A stretch of DNA of 64,000 nucleotides from the NCBI GenBank assembly GCA_045580165.1, contig JAZNNG010000077.1, positions 1,810 to 65,809 of the forward strand, given 5' to 3'. Source of the DNA: Eubacteriales bacterium. Its GTDB lineage: Bacteria; Bacillota; Clostridia; Oscillospirales; CAG-272. The notes beneath the pieces were generated by a model. The model had not been told where the DNA came from. It did not search any database and saw only the letters and a list, made by a program, of their open reading frames with translations. How positions within the stretch are numbered: the first letter of the stretch is position 1; every line of letters begins with the position of its first letter. Positions 16,682-25,632 of the stretch are shown here, piece by piece. The position numbers were made by a program, and so were the translations under genes.

Positions 16682-18034
16682 TTAAACTCCTTCTGTCTGA
16701 CTGTTGGTTTGAACCTCGGCTTTGAGTCCAAGGCTTTTGATCACCTGAAAAAACTCATACTCGAGGTCGGACTCGATAATATTTCTTACGAAATTCATAT
16801 ATAAGTCGTCGCCGAAAGAAATAACGGCGCAGTTGTTTGGAATGGTAGCCTGAACGCCTAAAATAAAATCAAAGCGTCGTGTATATTCCTTCATAACCTC
16901 GGGGATTTTTACAGCACCGAGGTTTGACATTGAAATGCAGGATTTCTTTTCTCCCACTACGTTGAAAACCGCCTTCATAACAACGTTTTTTATAAACAAC
17001 GGCATTAGTCTGACTATCATTGAACGCTCGTTTTTGACGTTTGCGGTTATCTTTGTTTTCATTACCTTTTCGTTGACGTTGAGCGCCATATGATGATGAA
17101 CTATACTGCATATTTCCTCAAATGAATAAGCGCCGAGACGCGGATCTATTTCGGGGGTAGTGTAGAATGCAAAGTTTCTGAGTGTTGTGGAGCCGAGTAT
17201 TCGGCGCAAGTTTATCGGCAGAAGCACCTTGACGGGCTTGAGTCGTTTTTTGTCATGTACCTTTTTAAATTGTAGATTCTGGAGCGCCATCATCAAGGCA
17301 GAAGCTAAAAGAGTGTTGACGCTTACACCGTACTCGTGTGCCTTGGATTTGCACTCGTTTACCGAGAGCTTAAAGCAGGTGAGATTCGTAAAATTTTTAG
17401 GCTCGGGTGTTCCCGAAATATGCCAAGCATTGCTTTCGCTTCTGTTTGCAGCAACGTTTCCGACGTGCTTTTGGAAGCTATCCTCCAGCTCCTCGTCACG
17501 GGGCTGTTCATAACGGTCAAGCACGCCGTTCTCACTCGGTATGTCAACACCGTATTTTTGAGTAAGATATTCCGCGGTAAGAGTTTTTAAGAAAATAGGC
17601 GCCCCCGTACCGTCTGTGAGAGAATGGAAAATTTCAACGGCAATTCTATTTTTGTATGCAATGACTCTGAACGCGCATTTTTTTGTTTCGGCGCGGCTGA
17701 TATTGGTTAAAGGATAACACTTTTCGTTCGAAATTTCGGGCGCTTCCGAGATCTCTTCGAGATAATACCAGAACAGTCCGCGGCGAAGACGTGCGGCAAT
17801 AGAAGGGAATCGTTTGATAGTAACGTCGAGCGCTGATTTGAGAATGCTACGATCGACTGTTTCGGTCAGCGTTACAGAAAGCCTGAAAATGCTGCTCCAA
17901 TTACGCCTTCGCGCAGCGGGGTAAATTTTAGCGGCGTTGTCAAGTCGCATCCAACGTAGACCGTTGACACCTGAACGCACCGAATAGGAGGTGGCGTTTT
18001 TTTCATTTTTTGTTTGATTTGTGTTGTGTTTCAT
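16682..18034 (-). CDS. HxxxD-motif acyltransferase (condensation-domain / alcohol acetyltransferase-like superfamily)
   Basis: 450 aa, soluble. HSLTDG at 17609-17626 matches the HHxxxDG catalytic motif class. RBS AAAGGAG. Confidence 0.65.
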   Translation of the reverse strand: MKHNTNQTKNEKNATSYSVRSGVNGLRWMRLDNAAKIYPAARRRNWSSIFRLSVTLTETVDRSILKSALDVTIKRFPSIAARLRRGLFWYYLEEISEAPEISNEKCYPLTNISRAETKKCAFRVIAYKNRIAVEIFHSLTDGTGAPIFLKTLTAEYLTQKYGVDIPSENGVLDRYEQPRDEELEDSFQKHVGNVAANRSESNAWHISGTPEPKNFTNLTCFKLSVNECKSKAHEYGVSVNTLLASALMMALQNLQFKKVHDKKRLKPVKVLLPINLRRILGSTTLRNFAFYTTPEIDPRLGAYSFEEICSIVHHHMALNVNEKVMKTKITANVKNERSMIVRLMPLFIKNVVMKAVFNVVGEKKSCISMSNLGAVKIPEVMKEYTRRFDFILGVQATIPNNCAVISFGDDLYMNFVRNIIESDLEYEFFQVIKSLGLKAEVQTNSQTEGV

Positions 18035-18061
18035 TGGCGTGCTCCTTTGTTTTTCACAAAA

Positions 18062-18158
18062 ATTATACCACGGATTTATTATCTTTGCAACCTACTGCTT
18101 TCCGAGAATTCTACTCGTAGTAGAGTGACATATCTACTAATTCTACGGGCGGCTCTAC
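18062..18158 (-). promoter_or_regulatory. Promoter of the acyltransferase operon plus an upstream cluster of GTAGA direct repeats
   Basis: Minus strand: TTGCAA (18085-18090)-17 nt-TATAAT (18062-18067). Pentamers GTAGG/GTAGA lie at 18091, 18110, 18133, 18142 and 18154 in the same orientation, and one inverted copy lies at 18120. Confidence 0.4.
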
Positions 18159-18258
18159 TGCGTGGAAAGCTTTTTTATTTATTGAGTATACTTAAAACAG
18201 TTGACACACACTTAAATATAAAGTATAATATGTATAATTATATTAAAATAGGTGTAAT

Positions 18259-18930
18259 ATGCTTAATATACTTGTCGACTTCGATGGAACTATATGTAAT
18301 TCCGCCGAGGGTGTTTTGAAATCGGTTGAATATGCGCTTGAAAACCTTGGCGTAAGACTCGACGTTTCGTATTCAGAGCTTTCCGCAATGTTTCTTGGTC
18401 CACCCTTATCTTTGCCTTACGGAGAGATCTTTAACGGAGATGAAGAAAAGATCTCTCTTGCTATAAAGTATTTCCGTGAACGTTACAACACGCTTGGGGT
18501 TTTTGAAAATGAGCTTTATGACGGCGTGGCGGAGTGTATGCGAAGGCTTTCCGAAAAGGGAATCAGAGTATGTATTGCATCGTCGAAGCCGGACGTTTTT
18601 ATTAAGAGCATTCTTGAAAGGAACAACGCGCTTGACTGCTTTGAGAAAATTTTTTCTCCGGGACTTGACGGAGAAAAGCTTTCCAAGCTTGACGTTGTAA
18701 ACAAGGCTCTTGAATACATTCAAAGCGTTGATCCCAATCCTCGTGTCTATATGGTGGGTGACAGAAAATACGATGTCGAGGGAGCTCATCTTGCGGGCAT
18801 TGAGTGCATCGGCGTTGAATGGGGATATGCTCAAGAAAACGAGCTTCGGGAGTACGGTGCCGAGTATATAGTAAAAAATATGAGAGAGCTTTATGACTTA
18901 GCCATAGAACTTTCACAAAAGGATCATTAA
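18259..18930 (+). CDS. HAD-superfamily hydrolase (phosphoglycolate phosphatase-like)
   Basis: DxDGT nucleophile motif (VDFDGTI), motif II S (IASSK) and motif IV (GDRKYDV). Own TTGACA-17-TATAAT promoter at about 18204-18232. Confidence 0.85.
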   Translation: MLNILVDFDGTICNSAEGVLKSVEYALENLGVRLDVSYSELSAMFLGPPLSLPYGEIFNGDEEKISLAIKYFRERYNTLGVFENELYDGVAECMRRLSEKGIRVCIASSKPDVFIKSILERNNALDCFEKIFSPGLDGEKLSKLDVVNKALEYIQSVDPNPRVYMVGDRKYDVEGAHLAGIECIGVEWGYAQENELREYGAEYIVKNMRELYDLAIELSQKDH

Positions 18931-21687
18931 ATGAAAAAGCAATGGTATAATATGTCCGACACAGAGCTTGAGAGCGAGCTTTCTACGAGCCTTGTCAACG
19001 GACTTTCCAAAAAAGAGGCGTCAGTGCGTATAAGAAAAAAAGGCGCAAACATCGTGTTCAGACTTCCGCACGGTAGCTTTTCAAGCTATCTCAAGGATAT
19101 ACTGACGGATTCCTCGTCCATCATACTTATTCTGACCGCTATAATTGCGACTGTATTTGACAGTAGTATTACTTCAACCGTTATCGTCTCCCTGATTGCA
19201 ATAAACTGCTTTGCATCGCTTTTTACCTATGTTAAGGCGCATAGGGTGTTTGAGAGTATGGGAGAATATTCACTCCCGGGCGCCAAGGTCGTCCGTGACG
19301 GTCACCTTTATCTTATGAAAATGACCTCTCTCGTTCCCGGTGACCTTATATACTTAAGAGCAGGAGATATAGTCCCGGCAGACGCCAAAATAATATATTC
19401 GGAGAATTTTTACGTATCCGAAAACGGAATAACGGAAAACGTGACCGCAATAAGGAAGGGTCCTCAGAATATATCTCTTGAAAACAATTCTCCCGAAAAT
19501 CTATTTAATATGGTTTTTGCAACGTCGGTAGTATTAAAGGGGAGCGCACGGGCGATAGTTGTTGAAACGGGAGTAGACACCTACGTAAAGGTTACGGGGA
19601 AAAGGAAGCTGTCCTTTGCAAGCGATAACCTTGAAATATTCTCAACTCTGAAAAGCTATGGCAGCAAGATAAGTACTCTGATGCTGTTTATGGTTATTAT
19701 CATAATGTTCCTTGAGATAATAACGGGACTTAAGGTGCGCGGCTTATACGAAATATTCTTGAACGGAATGTCGCTTGCCGTGGCAACCATGACCGAGTTT
19801 TATACTGCCTTCGGGCACATAGTTGTGGCGTGTGCTCTATTCGGCGCAAGGACCGATAAAAACAGAACGTTTGACAGTGCAGTCGTCAAGAACATAAAGT
19901 CGATAGAGACACTGCGTGACGTTGATTGTGTTATTTTTAAGAAGGACGGCGTTCTCGCGAAGTCCAAAAAGAATGTCAGCGGATTTTATTATTCCGGTCA
20001 CGTTTATGACGTAAAGAACTATGACAGAGCCGATATGTTTGCCGAGCTTGTTGAAGCGGCGGTTATCTCTACCGGACGTTACATGAAATCCTCACTTGAT
20101 ACTCCGGGTATGAGGGACGTGCGAGTTTCGGCGGAGGACACGGCTATCATTGAGACGGCAAGACGTTACGATTTATATAATATCGGACTTGACGGAAGAT
20201 ATCCAATGCTAATACACGTAAGCGCAGGAAGAAACTCCGAGTTTGATATGACCGCGGTAGAATCAAACAACAAGATATACGCCTACGTCAAGGGCAAAGC
20301 AAGTATACTTCTTGAAAAATGTAATAAGTGTAGGATCGGGAACAAGGACGAACGTATAGACACAAAGCTTCATATAACGCTTGAATCGGTAATTTCCGAA
20401 AGCGAAAGAGCCAACAACGGTGTCTGTGCGGTAGCGGTAGTCGAAACCGATATTGATACTCTTTCACTCGGTGTAGATGAGGTTGTTAAAAGGGGACTCA
20501 CGCTGATAGGATTTGTTGCAGTAAATTCGCCGCTTTACGATAGCTGCGCGCTTACTGTCGATAAGGTTATCAGCTCTGGGATAAAGCTTATACTTACTTC
20601 TCCCGATGCATCCCTCGAGGATGTTGCTATGGCGAGAACTCTTGGAATTTGTAAGAGCAAGCACGAGGTGCTTACCGAGCATGAGCTATCTGCATTGACA
20701 GATGAAGCGCTTGCTTCGGTTGCCTATGATTATTCGGTGTATTCGGGCCTTTCCAATGCGTCGGTAAGACGTGTTATGTCGGCACTTAAGCAGGGAGGTC
20801 ACAGAGTTGCATATTGTGCGAGTGCTCTTGAGGAAATAACGGTAATGGATAAAGCTGATATCGGTATTTCGCAATCGGCATTCTTTGAAAAGCAAACGAG
20901 AACCAAGAAGCTCGGAATAGATGCCGCCGTAAACTCGGACAACGATGCTCTCAGGTACAAATCCGACATTATAATTCCCTCGGCAGATGCAAAAAAAGAG
21001 GGCGGAATATCCGCAATTTTCAAGAGCATACTAACTTCAAAGCTCATATATAAGAATATTGCGAATATGCTTTCATACTTGCTTACGGTTCAGTTCGCAA
21101 GACTGTTTATCGTCATTTATTCCGTGTTCACACACGAGAACATTCTTACTCCCGTACAGATATTGTTCGGGGGACTTATAGTAGATTTGTTTGCCGTTCT
21201 GTCAATCGCCTTTTCAAGACCGGGGCCGAGAACTGTTAGAGAGTATAACCACTCCGAGAACGAGATGAAAAATCTGACTAGGTTTTATGTAAAGAATGCC
21301 TTGTTCGGTGTTTTCTGGGCGGCGATGACTATTTTCGTTCCTCAAATTATGAGGTTTTCCGGTATGAGTCTTGATTCCGAAGCGCTTATCGGCGCGTCGT
21401 TCGTTTCCTTCACCGCACTTCAGTATCTTATACTTGCAAATGCGCGAAGGGTAGACAGTATTTTCAGGTTGAGCTCGTTTAATCTTAACCCTTTTTATGT
21501 CGGAAGCGCGTTCGTTGTAGCTTTGTTTATGGGAATTGCGATCATCTTTCCCACGGTCGGTGCAATCATTGGCTTAACAACGCTTAACGCTACCGCATGG
21601 ATCGCAGTGCTTGTTATCATACTCACCGTAGTGGCCTTGTGTGAAACATACAAGGTTGTGGTGAGCAAAAACAACCCCAATACGTAA
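18931..21687 (+). CDS. P-type ATPase homolog (type II-like architecture) with degenerate catalytic motifs
   Basis: Cation_ATPase_N-like start (GLSKKEASVRIRKKGAN), A-domain (VVRDGHL...LVPGDLIYLRAGDIVPADA) and about 10 TM helices. DKTGT, TGES, PEGLP, TGD and GDGxND are all substituted. Confidence 0.85.
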   Translation: MKKQWYNMSDTELESELSTSLVNGLSKKEASVRIRKKGANIVFRLPHGSFSSYLKDILTDSSSIILILTAIIATVFDSSITSTVIVSLIAINCFASLFTYVKAHRVFESMGEYSLPGAKVVRDGHLYLMKMTSLVPGDLIYLRAGDIVPADAKIIYSENFYVSENGITENVTAIRKGPQNISLENNSPENLFNMVFATSVVLKGSARAIVVETGVDTYVKVTGKRKLSFASDNLEIFSTLKSYGSKISTLMLFMVIIIMFLEIITGLKVRGLYEIFLNGMSLAVATMTEFYTAFGHIVVACALFGARTDKNRTFDSAVVKNIKSIETLRDVDCVIFKKDGVLAKSKKNVSGFYYSGHVYDVKNYDRADMFAELVEAAVISTGRYMKSSLDTPGMRDVRVSAEDTAIIETARRYDLYNIGLDGRYPMLIHVSAGRNSEFDMTAVESNNKIYAYVKGKASILLEKCNKCRIGNKDERIDTKLHITLESVISESERANNGVCAVAVVETDIDTLSLGVDEVVKRGLTLIGFVAVNSPLYDSCALTVDKVISSGIKLILTSPDASLEDVAMARTLGICKSKHEVLTEHELSALTDEALASVAYDYSVYSGLSNASVRRVMSALKQGGHRVAYCASALEEITVMDKADIGISQSAFFEKQTRTKKLGIDAAVNSDNDALRYKSDIIIPSADAKKEGGISAIFKSILTSKLIYKNIANMLSYLLTVQFARLFIVIYSVFTHENILTPVQILFGGLIVDLFAVLSIAFSRPGPRTVREYNHSENEMKNLTRFYVKNALFGVFWAAMTIFVPQIMRFSGMSLDSEALIGASFVSFTALQYLILANARRVDSIFRLSSFNLNPFYVGSAFVVALFMGIAIIFPTVGAIIGLTTLNATAWIAVLVIILTVVALCETYKVVVSKNNPNT

Positions 21688-21707
21688 TTTTTTCAGTGAG
21701 GGAAAAC

Positions 21708-24700
21708 ATGAAAAAGTTATTGGCAATTTTAACTATTATTTTTGTTGCAGTGACCGCGCTTACCGTCGTGTCTTATGCAAACACAGAATACGTTTTCGAC
21801 GCAAACGATCTTAACTGTATGGTTGCGGAAAAATCTTCTATTGTAAAGACGGGCACAACCACCTCCGACGGGAAAACATATCTTCGGATAACTTCAAGCT
21901 CTCAAATCACAAATCCATCTAATACGTTCATAAGGTTTGATATTTTTGATGAAGCTCCGTTGTTTAACGTTGATGAATTTCCCTTTGTGGCAGTTGCATA
22001 CAAGACTAACATTCCGATGCAGTCTGACGGAATGCATATTAACGCCGGAATGAAAATTACGGATGATGATACTTATGTGCGTTGTTGGGGACTACACGTA
22101 GGCTCTGTAAATGACGGAAGCCGAGCACTCGCAATATATGACGTCAGAAGCTTTAGCGGAATTCCGGATAACGGTGAAGTGGGATATGCTGATATTGATC
22201 CGTCAGCGGGTATCAAGTTTGTTCGTATTCCTCCGTGGGCAAAAGCTACGGGTACGACATATAGTGACGTTCGCGACGATTATTTTGACATAGAGTACAT
22301 AGGCTTCTTTCAGTCACGTATGGATGCAGGCCTCTATTTCGAGGGTGACATTGAATATACGGTGACCTACTATGACAAATTCGGTAACGTTTATCAAACT
22401 GAAAAGGTGAACTCGTACACAATGTACGAGCCTATTGACGGACCCGAGGTGGACGGATTTGAGTTTACGGGATGGGTAAATTCAAGCGGTACGGCAGTTC
22501 CCGAAAGCTTCAGAATGGATACAAATTACGAATTTTTCCCGACGTATAAGTATTCACTCCCTCTTGATTGCTACGTTTATCCCGCGGGACATCTCAAAGC
22601 AAGAGGCTCAAAAATGACCGCTTCATCTGATTTGATTTCGGAAAAAGGATCAAATTGGGTGAGGTTTACCGTTAGTGAGGACGGTGTTCACGATAACAGT
22701 AACGCGATCACATTTACTTGTGATATTTCGATTCCCGCACACGACTATAAGTACGTAGCTATAAAATATAAGTCAAATATTTCCACCGCCCGAACGTCGG
22801 CTGTTAGTTCCGGACTTAAATATAAAGATCAATATTACAGATTCTGGGGATTATATCCCACTTTCTACGGTGACGGTGAGGAGCATCTGATGGTAGTGTC
22901 GATTGCCAACATTACCGGAGGAGATGCAAAGGAGGTGAAATCACTGTCCGATATCGATGCCGATTCCGGTATAGAATACATCAGACTAACACCTTGGGGT
23001 CAGCCGAATACAAGCATCAAGGTGTGGGCAGGAGAGTACATTGATATCGCATATATAGGCTTCTTCAAGAATGCAGAGGATGCGCAAAACTATTCTTTAT
23101 CCGAAGAAAGCATTCTTTTGCACAAGCCTTTTATGGAGCTTGACTCAGTAATTAAATTTAACCCCGACAATAATCTGACGAGAGGTGACGCTGCAAGCAT
23201 CATCACAAGGATAATTACCGATATAAACAAAATTTCGTATTTATATGAGTCATCATACAGTGATATTGATTATAACGATGATTGTTACAGCAGTGTAGCA
23301 TATCTTGAGAATATCGGATATCTTGAGGCGAAGGAGGGAACCTTTAACCCCGATGAGCCTATTGATACCTCCGATCTCGTTGAACTTATAAATAAGGCTG
23401 CCGAGGATTTTGATGAGCTTTCAGCCGTTGACGTTGAGGACATATCAACCGAATATATAACACGCGCGGAGGCGGCGGAGCTTTTCTGTAAGCTTCTTGG
23501 AAGAGTTCCGACAAAAAGCGGAATATCGTACGTAACATCCCCGGGTCCGATAGACGTACCTAAGGAGCATCCAAGCTTCGCGTATATACTCGAGGCATGC
23601 TACGCCCACAAGTATATGTTAAATTGGGACGATACAGAGCTATGGACGTACGTTAATGATAATAATTTCTATATGAAGAAAGCGCCCGACGGCATAATCG
23701 AGCAGCTTAATGATGAGCTTGCAAATCGCGCCGAAGAAATTCTTTCAACAGAAAGCGAGTGGACTTTGGCTTCGGGCGGAAGGATGTTTTACGTTTCAAA
23801 TAAAGGAAGCGACTTAAATGATGGCCTGTCGGAATCATCTCCGATTGCAACTATCGGAAAGGTTCACGAGCTTCAGAACAACAACACCATAATAGCAGGC
23901 GACGTTGTACTTTTTGAACGCGGAGGAGAATGGTATCCTACCGAAAGCCTCAACGAAAACGGCGAGATCGTGCAGGACAAGTACAAAGTAAAGGCGGGCG
24001 TTACCGTTTCCGCTTACGGAACGGGTGACAAACCGAGAATACTTGGTTCAGTCAATGCATCGGGTGCTTCCAATTGGTCTAAGGTTGAAGGATACGACGA
24101 TCTTTACGTATTCAATAAAAAGATTGGCGATGACCTCGACGTTGGAAACATTGTATTCAATGACGGCACTTTTACCTGGGAAGGCAGTGAACCCGTATAT
24201 ACAAACGGAAGCGCTTTCGGTATGCGTCTGATACTTGACCCGAATTCCGACCACGCTCTTCAGGCAGGACATGACGGAGATAGCGGAAACGGTGACTTTA
24301 TCGTATCAAACGGGCCTTCAAAATGGGTGTTCAACACTGAAGATTACATATTCACAAAATCAACCGACCTTCAGGCGATAGCCGATGCAATTCCGGAGTC
24401 TGACCTCTGGTATCATCACAATAAAGAGGATAGCAGGGTATATCTCATTTGTAAGCGCGGTAATCCCGGAGAGGTATTTGAAAAGATCGACCTTTGTACT
24501 AAAGTGAATACCATAAGAGCAAGCTCTAACGTTACACTTGATAACCTCTGTATTAAGTTTACCGGAAGCCACGGTGTTGGTGCAGGCTCTTGCGAAAATC
24601 TTGTTATCCGCAATTGCGAGGTTGGCTTTATAGGCGGTTCTATTCAAGGAAGTGAGCTTAGCGGTGAAACGGGTCGCTTCGGCAACGCCATAGAGATATA

Positions 24701-25553
24701 CGGAAAAGCTAACGGCTTTTACGTATATGACTGCTTTATATATCAGTGCTTTGACTGCGGACCTACCGTTCAGGTTGGTATTGACGAGCTCACCTGGGGA
24801 AATGACGTTATACAAAAGGACGTTCATTTCTATGGTAACGCACTTTGGAACGCTGCTCTTGAGGTTTGGCTCTCAACGAATCAGCCTAACTTCGGTAAAT
24901 ATCACGCAGCTCTTATTAACTGTAAAATGTACGACAATCTCGTAGCTTTCAACGGATACGGCTTCCAGGGGTATACTCATCAGAAGCACGATTATTGCGG
25001 ATTTTACGGTGCGGGAACCACGTACGCCGACTACATTGACTGTACGATGGAAAACAATACCTTCTGGAATTTGCGTATGAATATTCTAAAAGCTACTCCT
25101 ACCTCGGTTAACGACGGTGACGGCATTTATTGGAAGAATAATACAATAATTCACGAATATGACAAATATTTGGGACTTCTTGGTGAAAATCTCAAGGATG
25201 CCACCGGCAGAAGTGTAAGACACTATTATAACAATGCTACTGTAAAAAAACTTATCAGCGAGGGTGCGTTTGGCTATAATGAATTCTTATATTTGTTACC
25301 GGACGGAGCTGAGGACCCGGCAGAAAGCCGGCAACTGTCAGAAAACGGCATTGTTAGTGGGGATGCTAACGGTGACGGAGAACAATCGGCTCAGGATTTG
25401 ATCGTATTTTCAAGATATCTTGCTAAGTGGAACGGATATATTGACAGAATGAACGGTGCAAACAGCGACCTTAACGGTGACAAGCAGCTTACGAGCCTCG
25501 ACCTTGTAATTCTCGCAAGAAGACTTGCAAACTGGGTAGGCTATACAGACTAA
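21708..25553 (+). CDS. Secreted multidomain dockerin-containing protein with right-handed beta-helix module
   Basis: Signal peptide (MKKLLAILTIIFVAVTALTVVSYA). Two copies of an unknown domain of about 190 aa. A Listeria-Bacteroides-type repeat (YTVTYYDKFGN...GFEFTGW). SLH-like segments. Beta-helix repeats (NLVIRNCEVGFIGGS...). C-terminal type-I dockerin (DANGDGEQSAQD / DLNGDKQLTSLD). Confidence 0.85.
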   Translation: MKKLLAILTIIFVAVTALTVVSYANTEYVFDANDLNCMVAEKSSIVKTGTTTSDGKTYLRITSSSQITNPSNTFIRFDIFDEAPLFNVDEFPFVAVAYKTNIPMQSDGMHINAGMKITDDDTYVRCWGLHVGSVNDGSRALAIYDVRSFSGIPDNGEVGYADIDPSAGIKFVRIPPWAKATGTTYSDVRDDYFDIEYIGFFQSRMDAGLYFEGDIEYTVTYYDKFGNVYQTEKVNSYTMYEPIDGPEVDGFEFTGWVNSSGTAVPESFRMDTNYEFFPTYKYSLPLDCYVYPAGHLKARGSKMTASSDLISEKGSNWVRFTVSEDGVHDNSNAITFTCDISIPAHDYKYVAIKYKSNISTARTSAVSSGLKYKDQYYRFWGLYPTFYGDGEEHLMVVSIANITGGDAKEVKSLSDIDADSGIEYIRLTPWGQPNTSIKVWAGEYIDIAYIGFFKNAEDAQNYSLSEESILLHKPFMELDSVIKFNPDNNLTRGDAASIITRIITDINKISYLYESSYSDIDYNDDCYSSVAYLENIGYLEAKEGTFNPDEPIDTSDLVELINKAAEDFDELSAVDVEDISTEYITRAEAAELFCKLLGRVPTKSGISYVTSPGPIDVPKEHPSFAYILEACYAHKYMLNWDDTELWTYVNDNNFYMKKAPDGIIEQLNDELANRAEEILSTESEWTLASGGRMFYVSNKGSDLNDGLSESSPIATIGKVHELQNNNTIIAGDVVLFERGGEWYPTESLNENGEIVQDKYKVKAGVTVSAYGTGDKPRILGSVNASGASNWSKVEGYDDLYVFNKKIGDDLDVGNIVFNDGTFTWEGSEPVYTNGSAFGMRLILDPNSDHALQAGHDGDSGNGDFIVSNGPSKWVFNTEDYIFTKSTDLQAIADAIPESDLWYHHNKEDSRVYLICKRGNPGEVFEKIDLCTKVNTIRASSNVTLDNLCIKFTGSHGVGAGSCENLVIRNCEVGFIGGSIQGSELSGETGRFGNAIEIYGKANGFYVYDCFIYQCFDCGPTVQVGIDELTWGNDVIQKDVHFYGNALWNAALEVWLSTNQPNFGKYHAALINCKMYDNLVAFNGYGFQGYTHQKHDYCGFYGAGTTYADYIDCTMENNTFWNLRMNILKATPTSVNDGDGIYWKNNTIIHEYDKYLGLLGENLKDATGRSVRHYYNNATVKKLISEGAFGYNEFLYLLPDGAEDPAESRQLSENGIVSGDANGDGEQSAQDLIVFSRYLAKWNGYIDRMNGANSDLNGDKQLTSLDLVILARRLANWVGYTD

Positions 25554-25632
25554 TAAAAAAAGACTTCGGGATCAGACTCCGAAGCCTTTAACTAAGCAAA
25601 AATACCGCCGAATATCGGCGGTATTTTTAATA

